Origin: an uncultured Actinomycetota bacterium
Lineage (GTDB): Bacteria; Actinomycetota; Humimicrobiia; Humimicrobiales; Humimicrobiaceae
Assembly: GCA_964595565.1 (NCBI GenBank)
Contig: CAZQQX010000005.1
Coordinates: 8,353 to 72,352 of the forward strand
Direction of reading: 5' to 3'
Length of the DNA stretch: 64,000 nucleotides
Shown: piece by piece, positions 1-9,419 of the stretch
How positions within the stretch are numbered: position 1 is the first letter of the stretch
Layout of the letters: every line of letters begins with the position of its first letter
Translations under genes and position numbers: made by a program
Notes under the pieces: generated by a model
What the model saw: only the letters and a program-made list of their open reading frames with translations
The model's database searches: none
Told to the model about the DNA's origin: nothing

Positions 1-991
1 GGAAATTGTCACAACTTCCACCAGTTACATTTATTTAAATTTGCCCGGGGAAGTAAAAGAAGAATATGTAGATGGTATACTGGACAGCGAATCCGGTATT
101 GAGCAAGAAACAGTTAAAATAGAAGCCAGTGGCAAAGTATTTGATGCCCGTCTTATTGAGACTGATGGAGAAGAGCTTTATATTGTTGAGAGTGAAGAGG
201 CTGTCGAAACGCTGGCATACTCCAGGCAGGCTATAGGCGCGGTAATTGAACTGGACGATAATGGCCGGCTTTTTTGCAGGTACTACCTGCAGGGTTATGA
301 ATCCACAAGGTTAAAAAATTTACTATCCATATTATTTACTGAAAATATGGATGTCCTGGAAAAGCGCATGGAAGAACAGAAAGTTGTTCGGCTGACTGCA
401 GATTATCAGCCCCTGAATGACAGAGAAAATGCTATTCCGCCATTAGTTTCTTTCAGCAGCAGCCTCCTGGGTATGTTCATTATGGCATCTTATATATTCC
501 TGGACAAAAATGAGGGGGTAATAAAGGCTTACGCAGTAACACCGTCCCCTGTCTGGCAGTATTTAATGAGCAAGATTCTCGTAGTTCTGGTAACCTCGTC
601 TGTTTCAGGGCTGATTATAGTAATGCCCATTATGGGATTTAAAATAAACTATGGACTGCTGCTGCTACTGCTCCTCACAACCGGATTTTTCGCATCTTCA
701 CTGGGCATATTGATTGCCAGCTTTTACGATAATCTGGCCAAAGCCTTCGGAGTCATTTATTTTTTATTAATGCTGCTTATGGTCCCCGCCATAGCGTATT
801 TTATACCAGGATGGGACCCTTACTGGATAAAAATAATTCCCACTTATCCAGTACTCGAGGGCTTTAAGGAGATTATTCTGCCAGGAGGGGATGCTATATA
901 CCCGCTGATAGCAAGTGCCGGATTTCTGGCGGGGGGCATTATAATTTTTGCTCTTACAAATATTAAATTCAAAAAGACGCTGAGCATATAA
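1..991 (+). CDS. ABC-2 family transporter permease, 5'-partial. The reading frame is open to window position 1; the TTG at 41 is probably not the true start.
   Basis: Frame 2 has no stop from nt 2 to 991. A soluble loop is followed by about six hydrophobic helices, as expected for an ABC-2 permease with a large extracytoplasmic loop after TM1. A similar permease lies in tandem downstream. Confidence 0.5.
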   Translation, partial: EIVTTSTSYIYLNLPGEVKEEYVDGILDSESGIEQETVKIEASGKVFDARLIETDGEELYIVESEEAVETLAYSRQAIGAVIELDDNGRLFCRYYLQGYESTRLKNLLSILFTENMDVLEKRMEEQKVVRLTADYQPLNDRENAIPPLVSFSSSLLGMFIMASYIFLDKNEGVIKAYAVTPSPVWQYLMSKILVVLVTSSVSGLIIVMPIMGFKINYGLLLLLLLTTGFFASSLGILIASFYDNLAKAFGVIYFLLMLLMVPAIAYFIPGWDPYWIKIIPTYPVLEGFKEIILPGGDAIYPLIASAGFLAGGIIIFALTNIKFKKTLSI

Positions 992-1002
992 GGGGAGTTG
1001 CT

Positions 1003-2007
1003 ATGTTTAAAAAAATATGGGCTATTTTTATAAGAGATTTAAAGGTAAACATGCGTGAATTTATAACGCTGTACATAATAATTGTCCCCTTACTTTTTGC
1101 TGTGGGGATTAATTTTATCTCACCCGGTATTAATGAAACCAGTGTAAATTTAGCCCTGGTTGAAAATGAAAATACTGTGCAGGAGGATTACTTTGATAAC
1201 TTTGCCCGTGTTGAGCTGTTTGCTGATGAGAAGGAAGTTGAAGAGCGGGTCATGGCAAGGGATGATGTAATCGGGGTGCTGCCGGAAGACGGTGGCTACT
1301 ACATTATGACCCAGGGAAATGAGCCTGAATCAATTGTAGAATATTCAAAACTTTTGAATGTACTGTATGAATCAGGAGTACAGCCTGGAGATGCGCGCTC
1401 GGAGATAATTGAATTTGACAGGACGGTTCCGCCGCTGAAAAAGATGCTGGTAAACATTTTGCTGCTCTTAATTTCTATGCTGGCAGGTATGCTCATTGCT
1501 TTGAATATACTTGAAGAAAAAGTAGATGACACCGTAAGCGCGATAAATGTGACTCCAGCTTCACGAAGCGCATTCATACTGGGGAAAAGTTTCACCGGTA
1601 TGTTTGTTGCGCTTTTTTCATCTATTGCATGTCTTTTAATTACCGGTTTCTATAATGTGAATCTGGGGCAGGAGGCTTTGTTGATATTTTCATTGACTGT
1701 ATTGAGTCTGATAATTGGTTTTATACAGGGGCTTAACAGCAGTGATGTTATGGAAGCGGCAGGCAGTGTTAAGCTTTTTTTCCTGCCCTTAGCCGGGTCT
1801 ATAGCGGGGTATGAACTTCTTAAAGGAAACTGGCAGATATTTTTCTACTGGTCTCCATTTTACTGGGCTTACAGGGCAAATGACATGATACTATCAGGCA
1901 CAGGTACATGGCCCCGGGTGCTGCTTTTTAGCGGTATTATACTGGGCATATGCGGGATAGTTTATGGTTTGCTTGTACCCCGGATAGCACGAAAACTCCG
2001 ACAATAA
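1003..2007 (+). CDS. ABC-2 family transporter permease
   Basis: N-terminal TM helix (IIIVPLLFAVGINFI), a soluble loop of about 130 aa, then five TM helices. Start is 12 nt after the upstream permease, with GGGGAG as RBS. Confidence 0.55.
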   Translation: MFKKIWAIFIRDLKVNMREFITLYIIIVPLLFAVGINFISPGINETSVNLALVENENTVQEDYFDNFARVELFADEKEVEERVMARDDVIGVLPEDGGYYIMTQGNEPESIVEYSKLLNVLYESGVQPGDARSEIIEFDRTVPPLKKMLVNILLLLISMLAGMLIALNILEEKVDDTVSAINVTPASRSAFILGKSFTGMFVALFSSIACLLITGFYNVNLGQEALLIFSLTVLSLIIGFIQGLNSSDVMEAAGSVKLFFLPLAGSIAGYELLKGNWQIFFYWSPFYWAYRANDMILSGTGTWPRVLLFSGIILGICGIVYGLLVPRIARKLRQ

Positions 2008-2054
2008 TTTTAAATATATGTGAATATATAATTTAATCTAAGGAGGTTATTTAA

Positions 2055-2264
2055 ATGGGCTATGTGATTGGAGCAATAGCATGCGTACTTTATGCAGCGT
2101 TTTTGTATTATGTTGCTATAAAAAGGCCGCCCGGAATAATAAAAATGGTCAAATTGAAGTTCGGCAAAAAGATGAGCGATAATACAGCGGCTATAATATG
2201 CTATGTCTTTGCCAGCATTGTGCTTGCCGGAGGAATAGTTTTGTTTATTCACCCCTGGAGCTAA
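2055..2264 (+). CDS. small (69 aa) two-helix membrane protein
   Basis: Strong RBS AAGGAGG 8 nt upstream of the ATG; two hydrophobic helices. The overlapping minus-strand ORF 2010..2252 has no RBS. Confidence 0.4.
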   Translation: MGYVIGAIACVLYAAFLYYVAIKRPPGIIKMVKLKFGKKMSDNTAAIICYVFASIVLAGGIVLFIHPWS

Positions 2265-2373
2265 GTGTTTAAAGGTAAGGTTATAAATTCTGTTTTAAAA
2301 ATTTATGCATTATTTTATTGTGTTAGAACTTACATCTCCCAATGCTTACAGAGAAACAGTGTGCCTCATTAAA

Positions 2374-2814
2374 CTATTTAACTATTTCTTTTGCCCAGCC
2401 TGTTGCTCTTAATTCCTCGCCTTCATAAAGCGGACCTTCTGTTCCTTTTACGAAGAAGCCTTCCGGGGGCATAACGAGGGTGCCGCCTCTGGATTTAAGA
2501 ATTTTTGCAATCTTGTTTGCTGCATAACCAAAAATCCTGGCAAATTTAGAAGATACCCGGGTGTCAAATGCAGCCACACTTACATTTTTTAGGGATGAAT
2601 CCGGAATTCTGGAAAGAAAATCTTTAACCGATTGTACCGGTCTGCCCGCATAGGTAGGGGAGCCCACAATGAGAAAGTCAATTGATTCCAGTTCATTAAC
2701 ATTTACTTTGCCTGCCTTCAGCACCCTGGTGTCATTGCCGATAGCGCTACCCATAGTCCGGGCAATTTTTTCTGTATTGCCGTAAGCAGAGTCATACACG
2801 ATCAATGCTTTCAT
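2374..2814 (-). CDS. flavodoxin (short-chain, FMN-binding)
   Basis: N-terminal MKALIVYDSAYGNTEKIA matches the flavodoxin FMN-phosphate binding loop; length 146 aa. Confidence 0.7.
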   Translation of the reverse strand: MKALIVYDSAYGNTEKIARTMGSAIGNDTRVLKAGKVNVNELESIDFLIVGSPTYAGRPVQSVKDFLSRIPDSSLKNVSVAAFDTRVSSKFARIFGYAANKIAKILKSRGGTLVMPPEGFFVKGTEGPLYEGEELRATGWAKEIVK

Positions 2815-2954
2815 AAAACACCTCTTGTCTTAATAACATTATACAGTGCTCCTGGTTAAAAAGTAAATTAAATGGGATTATGAATAATACCGGTCAATTT
2901 TATATAAGAGATATTAAAAATTTAACCGTTTGTTAGTAATGCCCGGTGTCCTTT

Positions 2955-4439
2955 TTATTCTTTTACCCAGTCTAAAAACATTATAAGCACAGGCTCATCT
3001 TTGCTAATAGTGTCTTTAATGGAGCCGGTATTGATTAATTCCTTTACCGAACCATTTTGTGCATCAGTTAATTTCAGGCGGCCTGTAAAATCAATGCCGT
3101 AAACATCATATGCAATGTTTTTGCCATCCGGTGACCACCCCAGACCCGTTATTTTGATTTTTTGCTCGGTTATAAGTGTTTCTCTTGAGCCGCCGTTTTT
3201 ATCAATTAAATCAATTCTTGCCTCAATATAGTCAGGGTAACACCCGCTGTGGCTGTTAACTGACAGGGCAAATTTCTGGCTTCCATAAGGGTTCCAGGAA
3301 ACATCGGTTACGCTGCCTTCCTGTTTTTCAAAAATATCAATGCTGCCATCTTCAAGGTTCAATATCCAGAGTTTATGGTAGGCTTCTGATGCACAGAGAT
3401 TTTTCATATTAGTAGCATAGTTATTCTTATATATAACCATCCTTTCTTCATCAGGAGATATTGAGAAACCGGCATACAAATAATCATTTGCCCGCGGGAA
3501 AAACTCATCCCAGTTTATTTTGTCCCAATCAAGATATGTAAATACTTCTGAAAAATCTTTAACTCCCCCTGTATCAAGAGATACTCTTATAAATTTAAAG
3601 CTATTGTTATCCGGGGCTATAGTGTAAAAATAGTTGTCCCTTACAGAAAATTGAGAGAAACTGGAAAAAAGCTGCCTGTTGTAGTTATTTTCCAGTGCCG
3701 TTGTTTCCTGATTATTATCAACATCCATAATTACTAGGCTGGAATCGGATATAAAAGGATTGAATTTATCCATAATGAAGTTGCTGCCGGAAGAAATATC
3801 TGAAGATTTCTGGATTGTCATGGGGTATGCCAGATATTTATTTTCAGGAGAACTCAGCACGTCACCCGGATATCTATCAGGAGGGGTGGTTTTTAGTCCG
3901 GCAGCCTCATCAGTTTTAAAGTCAGCTGTAACGAGTGCCTGTCCTTCAATATCCCAGTTAAAAATTTTAAAACCCTCAAGAAGAGTAACGGGATTATTGG
4001 GAGAGTGTATATAATAGTAGCTGTTAAGTTTTCTTGATGTTATAAAACTTGTGGGATATTTTTTTAATTCCAGTATTTTATTATCGGTGCCGTCGGGATT
4101 AATTATTCCTCCGTCCATAAATTCACTAAAATTAAGTAAAAAGCATTCTGTGCCCCCCATAACAGTTTTTGAAACGCTGTTTCCGGTCAGCTGGTAAAGT
4201 AATTTATAATATGGTTCTTTATCTTCTTCTAAAACCGGTTCTTTTCCACCGGTGGTATTTTCTTCAGATTCTGTCACGGTTTCAGAAGATTCGTCGGAGG
4301 CAGGATCTTCAATTGATTGCCCTGCACCTGCAGCTGTGCTGCCGCCGCAGCCTGTATTTACCAGGGAAATGCTAATAATAAATACCGGAACAAAAAATGC
4401 AGCTAAAAATATGGCCGGCTTCTGGAATATTTTTTTCAT
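2955..4439 (-). CDS. lipoprotein with TolB/PD40-like beta-propeller repeats
   Basis: Signal peptide with lipobox (LVNTGC), a Ser/Glu/Thr-rich linker, and a C-terminal WSPDGKNIAY-type PD40 repeat. Confidence 0.5.
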   Translation of the reverse strand: MKKIFQKPAIFLAAFFVPVFIISISLVNTGCGGSTAAGAGQSIEDPASDESSETVTESEENTTGGKEPVLEEDKEPYYKLLYQLTGNSVSKTVMGGTECFLLNFSEFMDGGIINPDGTDNKILELKKYPTSFITSRKLNSYYYIHSPNNPVTLLEGFKIFNWDIEGQALVTADFKTDEAAGLKTTPPDRYPGDVLSSPENKYLAYPMTIQKSSDISSGSNFIMDKFNPFISDSSLVIMDVDNNQETTALENNYNRQLFSSFSQFSVRDNYFYTIAPDNNSFKFIRVSLDTGGVKDFSEVFTYLDWDKINWDEFFPRANDYLYAGFSISPDEERMVIYKNNYATNMKNLCASEAYHKLWILNLEDGSIDIFEKQEGSVTDVSWNPYGSQKFALSVNSHSGCYPDYIEARIDLIDKNGGSRETLITEQKIKITGLGWSPDGKNIAYDVYGIDFTGRLKLTDAQNGSVKELINTGSIKDTISKDEPVLIMFLDWVKE

Positions 4440-4594
4440 GTAATTCTCCCGATATAATTAGTAAAAAATTTATTAATAAATTATATTATACATTATTTAA
4501 TTTAAATTTAATATAATTAGAAATTAGTTCATGTATTTTTTAGATACTTACTTACTTAATTAAATATGAACCCTGCAGGAAACTAAAGGATTGC

Positions 4595-5491
4595 TCAGGA
4601 GAGTTTTTTTGCGGCATGTCTCGGAGGAGCTCCGGTGTTCCAGAAACTGATAATTTTTTTTGATAGGGATGGGTAACTTTTTTTTAGTGATTTATTTTTG
4701 GCTAAAATGATTTCCCGGGTTAAACTTTTGTAGGCCTGTGCTCCCCTGCAGGATGGGTCATAGGCCTTAATCGGCTTCCCCGAAGCAGGTGCTTCTACCA
4801 ATTTAACATTTTTAGGTATAATGGTTTTAAATACTTTATCAGGAAGGTATTTTTTTACTTTTTTTATTACCTGTTTTGACATTACTGTTTTTAAGTACAT
4901 AGTAAATACTATGCCTGTTATTTCAAGGGATTCATTAAACTTTGATTTGATAGTGTTTATGGTTTCAATTAGGTGTCTGATTCCGTCGAAAGCGTAAAAT
5001 TCACATTGCATGGGAATTATAACTTCGTTTGCAGAAATAAGAGCGTTGGTGGTAAGAATTCCCAGAGAAGGTGAGCAGTCTATAATGATATAATCAAAAT
5101 GATGTCTTATTTTTTTAAAAGCGTTTCTTAATCTAAACTCTCTTAAGTTTGATACAGCAAGTTTAATTTCTGCATTAAGGAGGCTATGGCTGGAAGGAAG
5201 TAGCGCCAGATTGGTATAGGGGGTTTCTATGATTATATCCTCGGGATTTTCATTGTTAACCAGGATATCATAGACAGAATTTTTTAATTTTTTGTAATTT
5301 ATACCCAGTCCGGTAGTGGAGTTACTCTGGGGGTCCATGTCCACGAGCAGTGTTCTAAATCCAAATTCGCCAAGGTATGCAGCTACATTTACCGCAGTTG
5401 TACTTTTACCCACCCCGCCTTTCTGGCTTGAAATGGCAATTATTCTCCCGGTCTGTGCTATATGATTATAAGAATGTCCTGTCTCTGCCAT
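4595..5491 (-). CDS. ParA/Soj/MinD-family P-loop ATPase (orphan, no parB nearby)
   Basis: Deviant Walker A SSQKGGVGKSTTAVN and a DMDPQ switch region; a basic C-terminal tail of about 40 aa. Confidence 0.8.
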   Translation of the reverse strand: MAETGHSYNHIAQTGRIIAISSQKGGVGKSTTAVNVAAYLGEFGFRTLLVDMDPQSNSTTGLGINYKKLKNSVYDILVNNENPEDIIIETPYTNLALLPSSHSLLNAEIKLAVSNLREFRLRNAFKKIRHHFDYIIIDCSPSLGILTTNALISANEVIIPMQCEFYAFDGIRHLIETINTIKSKFNESLEITGIVFTMYLKTVMSKQVIKKVKKYLPDKVFKTIIPKNVKLVEAPASGKPIKAYDPSCRGAQAYKSLTREIILAKNKSLKKSYPSLSKKIISFWNTGAPPRHAAKKLS

Positions 5492-5833
5492 GAAAAATCT
5501 AATTCTAGATACATTTAAAACATATACTATTTATATTATATGAGGCAGGCTTACCGCAGCGTATAAATAAAACCTGACACTTGTATATAAATTTTATAAC
5601 AGATTTATAATATTTTTCCACCTGTTTTTATTAAAAGTTCGGGCAAATTGTAAAAAAATTTTAATTGTTTGATGATTCTGTTGTTTAAATTAAGAGAATT
5701 TAGTAATTTTAAAGATTGATTATGTTAAAGAATAAAATAAGGTGCACGGTGTGAATCCGGTAATTTTTATTATATTTTTTTGGTTCCTTAGTGTAAAATG
5801 AAATGTAATTTTTAATAGTTTAAAGGTGCCACT

Positions 5834-6697
5834 ATGAATAATATTGCTATAGTCACAGATTCAACTGCTGATATTCCCGAAGAATTGGTCAGTGAAAATG
5901 ATATAACCGTAATACCGCTTAACGTGGGTTTTAAGGGTAAGTTATATAAAGATGGGAAAGAAATAAACAGTAAAATTGTATTTAGCAAATTAAGGGAAGG
6001 TATAAGGGTGAATACATCTACACCTTCGGTAGGTGAGTTTGTAGAAATCTATAATGATTTAATTAATAATAAGAAGAAAAGTGTAATTTATTCAATTCAT
6101 CTCAGCTCCAGACTTTCTACCACCATTAATTCTGCGAACCAGGCAAGAAAATTTTTCCCGGAGGCAGATATTAAAATTATTGATTCAAAGAGTGCTGCTA
6201 TTGGTATGGGATTTGTTGCCCTGGAAGCGGCAAGGGCAGTAAAGAGAGGAGAAAGCAGGAAGGAGATAGAAAGAATTATTGAGTATCTTATTAAAGGCAA
6301 CAGGCTCTTTGCAGCATTTGAGAACTTTGAATATTTGTTTGTCGGGGGCAGGGCCCCTTTTCTGGGAAAATTTTTATCCATGTCAATAAGATTCAAGCCC
6401 ATTATTACTATCAGCAGCGATGGAAAGGTTAGATTAATTAAGTTTGTAAAGAACAGGAGAAACTCGCTAATTGAGATTTACTGGCAGGTTAAAAAAATTT
6501 CTTATCCTGTCAAAAGAAAAAAAATTGGTATTTTTTACGGTGAGGATAAAGATGTGGCCCTGGAATTAGAAAACATAATAACAAGCGATAGTCAGATTGA
6601 GATAGATGAATTAGTATTAACTGAACTTACTACGGTAATGAGTGCCCACACTGGGCCCGGGATATGGGGCGTGTCTGTCTGCCCCGCAATAAAGTAA
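5834..6697 (+). CDS. DegV family fatty-acid-binding protein
   Basis: N-terminus IAIVTDSTADIPEEL is typical of DegV; 287 aa. Confidence 0.8.
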   Translation: MNNIAIVTDSTADIPEELVSENDITVIPLNVGFKGKLYKDGKEINSKIVFSKLREGIRVNTSTPSVGEFVEIYNDLINNKKKSVIYSIHLSSRLSTTINSANQARKFFPEADIKIIDSKSAAIGMGFVALEAARAVKRGESRKEIERIIEYLIKGNRLFAAFENFEYLFVGGRAPFLGKFLSMSIRFKPIITISSDGKVRLIKFVKNRRNSLIEIYWQVKKISYPVKRKKIGIFYGEDKDVALELENIITSDSQIEIDELVLTELTTVMSAHTGPGIWGVSVCPAIK

Positions 6698-6748
6698 AAT
6701 TAATTATATAAATGGATTTATATTTTTATTTTTTTGTATTCTGCGCTC

Positions 6749-7477
6749 TTATTCCAGAGTGAAAGTTACAGTTACTGGAATCATCACTTCTTTTTCAATA
6801 GTAGTGGTATCATAGGTACCCCAGTTGGAAACTTCGGTAGAATTAACAGGGAGAACCTGTACCACACCCAGATTGGAAGATTTTATTGTTCCTATTTTTT
6901 TACCGCTGCCCTCGGCAATTTTCTGTGCCCTCATCTTAGCATCATTTATTGCGTCCGGTATTAAATTTATTCTGAGCTCGGGAAGCCCGGAGTAATAATA
7001 TTGAAGAGAGCGAATAGAGAATATAACCCCGGAATTTATTAGCCCGTCAATGTTTTTTGCCATATTAGTGATTTTATCAACATCGCCTGATTGAATGGTA
7101 ACTGTTTGTTTTAACAAATTTTCCTTCGGGGCATTCGGGTCATACATGTATAGTTGTTCCATGAATACAGGTGTAATATTCAGGTCATCTTCACTAAATC
7201 CGTTATCCTCAAAAAATTCAAGCACCAGTTTCCGGTCATTTTGAATAATCTGGTAGCCTTCTTTTAAATCTCCGGCAGGTACAGTCCTGGAAAACTCGGA
7301 AGTCCAGATAACAATATCCGATGTAACTTTTTCTCTTACTGAACCGGTCACTGAAATAATGTCCTCGGGCTTTCTTACTTCATAAAAAGTAAAAGAGCCA
7401 ATTGAAGCGCTAATTATCAGGCATATCCCTATAATAATTGCAAAATAAATAATCTTATTTGAATTTTTATCAGGCAT
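6749..7477 (-). CDS. SIMPL-domain (DUF541/BP26-like) periplasmic protein
   Basis: N-terminal TM anchor, about 240 aa, and a C-terminal pattern (DAINDAKMRAQKIAEGSGKKIGTI) resembling the SIMPL family. Confidence 0.45.
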   Translation of the reverse strand: MPDKNSNKIIYFAIIIGICLIISASIGSFTFYEVRKPEDIISVTGSVREKVTSDIVIWTSEFSRTVPAGDLKEGYQIIQNDRKLVLEFFEDNGFSEDDLNITPVFMEQLYMYDPNAPKENLLKQTVTIQSGDVDKITNMAKNIDGLINSGVIFSIRSLQYYYSGLPELRINLIPDAINDAKMRAQKIAEGSGKKIGTIKSSNLGVVQVLPVNSTEVSNWGTYDTTTIEKEVMIPVTVTFTLE

Positions 7478-7646
7478 TTCTTCTCCATTTATTTTTATAT
7501 ATTGAGTATATGATTAGTTGTGTATATCTGACTTTTTATTAATCTTATCAATTCTATCTACCCTGTCAAGTGCGAACTGCCGGGTCGTATCTTTTTATGA
7601 AAAATATTTAACAGGTAATATAATCTATTAAATAATAAAAAAATTT

Positions 7647-8408
7647 TTACTTTAGAAATACCAGGCTTAAAATCATTACCATCATTCCACCTATAAAACT
7701 GACCATTGGCAGATGGAGGTATCCGTATGATTTGGAAACCGGAAGCAGCTCATCAATGGAGATAAAAACCATCAATCCTGCAATACCGGAAAGAAGATAT
7801 CCAAGTACCGTGGAATTTAAAAAAGGATAAAGTATAAGAGCTGTAATCAGAGCTCCAATTGGTTCCACCACTCCTGATAAAAATGACCACAAAAAAGCTT
7901 TTTTCTTACTTCCTGTTGCTTTATAAACCGGTGCGGATACTGCAATACCTTCAGGTATATTGTGAATGGCAATGGCAATGGCAATGGCAATTCCTATCTT
8001 TATATCTACCATTGAACTGTAAAACGTAGCCATACCTTCAGGGAAGTTATGGATTCCTATTCCGAGAGCGACAAACAGGCCGGTTCTCAGTAGCCTGGAA
8101 TTAGTTTTATCATCTATTTTTTCCTTCTGGCCTATATATTCATGAGGAATAAGGAAATCTATTAAAAAGATGGCTATAAAACCAACAAAAAAGGCTATAC
8201 TTGCTCTGAGAAATCCCAGTTCGTCAAATCCTTTGGGAAGAAGTTCAAAAAAGGAAATCCCCACCATAACTCCTGCCGTAAAGCCAAGTACCGCACTCAT
8301 AAACTTTGGGTTTTCTCTTTTAAATAAAAGGCCTATTACACTTCCTATTGTTGTGGAAAGCCCTGCCAGGGAAGTAAGCAAAAGAGGTTTTAGTAATTGG
8401 GGGTCCAT
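7647..8408 (-). CDS. zupT: ZIP-family zinc transporter ZupT
   Basis: Signature motifs GIHNFPEGMA and HNIPEGIAVSAPV; eight TM helices. Confidence 0.8.
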   Translation of the reverse strand: MDPQLLKPLLLTSLAGLSTTIGSVIGLLFKRENPKFMSAVLGFTAGVMVGISFFELLPKGFDELGFLRASIAFFVGFIAIFLIDFLIPHEYIGQKEKIDDKTNSRLLRTGLFVALGIGIHNFPEGMATFYSSMVDIKIGIAIAIAIAIHNIPEGIAVSAPVYKATGSKKKAFLWSFLSGVVEPIGALITALILYPFLNSTVLGYLLSGIAGLMVFISIDELLPVSKSYGYLHLPMVSFIGGMMVMILSLVFLK

Positions 8409-8592
8409 TTTTTTAATAGATATTCCTAATTATAGTTTTATAATCCATCTGTTGATTGTCTGTTATAATTTTTTTATATTGTATTTGTTTGCATGAAATT
8501 TGTCTACAGGTACAGAAGTTTATGTTATAATTATGGGAAACGTTTTTCAAAATTAGTAACAATATTTATAATGTGCGGGCAGAGGAGCGTAA

Positions 8593-9234
8593 ATGAGTAT
8601 TAGCAGAAGTGATAAATTCTATACTATTGAGGAAGCAACAGAAATGCTCGGAGTGAGTGAGCGGGAAATAATGAATATGATTACCCTGAAAAAACTGCCT
8701 GTGGTTAAAATAGAACAATCTATAAAAATAAAAGAAGAAGACATGGAAAAATTTCTGGACAGTCTGGGAGAAGAAAGTGTTGAAGATGAAAATACTGCAG
8801 AAGTTGAAGCCGGAGAAGAAGAAAAACAGGAGGGGATAAAGGAGAATTATGAAGATAATACTGCACAATTAATAAAGTTATACAGGGAGTTACTGAGGAA
8901 GAAACAGGAGCTTGAAGAAGATATTAATTATCTGCAGTGCAAATATGACGAATTTAAAAGCAGAATTAAAAAAATAATCTCAGAAGAGTTTAATTTATTT
9001 CTAAAAAAAATAGATGAAGAAAATTTGCGGGAAAGCGATATGGGCCCGGGAAATGATTTTAATGATGACCTGAGCATGGATTATGATATTGACAGGGTAA
9101 AAGATAATGAAAAAAGTAGCTATGATGATAAAGAGAAAATATTTCCAGAAGATAATGGCAGGGGGAAAGAAAATCCATTGTCGGAGAAGGAAGATAGTAT
9201 AAAGCTGGGGGAAAATGAGGATGATGACTCATGA
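8593..9234 (+). CDS. excisionase/MerR-like HTH DNA-binding protein with a coiled-coil and a highly acidic C-terminus
   Basis: N-terminal FYTIEEATEMLGVSEREIMNMI resembles the helix-turn-helix of the excisionase family. The remainder is rich in Glu/Asp/Lys. Confidence 0.45.
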   Translation: MSISRSDKFYTIEEATEMLGVSEREIMNMITLKKLPVVKIEQSIKIKEEDMEKFLDSLGEESVEDENTAEVEAGEEEKQEGIKENYEDNTAQLIKLYRELLRKKQELEEDINYLQCKYDEFKSRIKKIISEEFNLFLKKIDEENLRESDMGPGNDFNDDLSMDYDIDRVKDNEKSSYDDKEKIFPEDNGRGKENPLSEKEDSIKLGENEDDDS

Positions 9235-9419
9235 CTTGTTCCTGGCTTGTTCTTCATTATAGATAAATTAGAATTGTTAAATGAGGATTTATTATTTTTT
9301 TAAAAAAATAAGTTCCGGGTTATGGCAGGAAAATAAGATTTAAAAGGTCAGGGGTGAAATTTCACTTCTGATTTTTTTTAATAATGTAAAAAAATATAAA
9401 CTTATAAAAATTTTAATAA

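Noticed and set aside
655-680. (CTG)n run encoding a poly-Leu stretch in the first permease
   Set aside because: It is an ordinary hydrophobic TM-segment encoding. The repeat is short and imperfect (CTG CTG CTG CTA CTG CTC).
1299-1595. Antisense ORFs inside well-supported genes (for example 1299..1595, 2010..2252, 6097..6402, 8170..8496, 9533..9901, 13953..14516, 15273..15734, 29792..30331, 31614..31958, 32864..33307, 35093..35416, 49344..50000, 53378..53818, 57365..57788, 58201..58530)
   Set aside because: These are shadow ORFs on the opposite strand of genes with clear family signatures. They have low-complexity or odd composition, no RBS, and no recognisable domain.
8566-8868. Minus-strand ORF overlapping the start of the HTH/acidic protein gene
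   Set aside because: It encodes an extremely Phe/Leu-rich low-complexity translation typical of the reverse strand of a Glu/Lys-rich gene. The plus-strand gene has a recognisable HTH.
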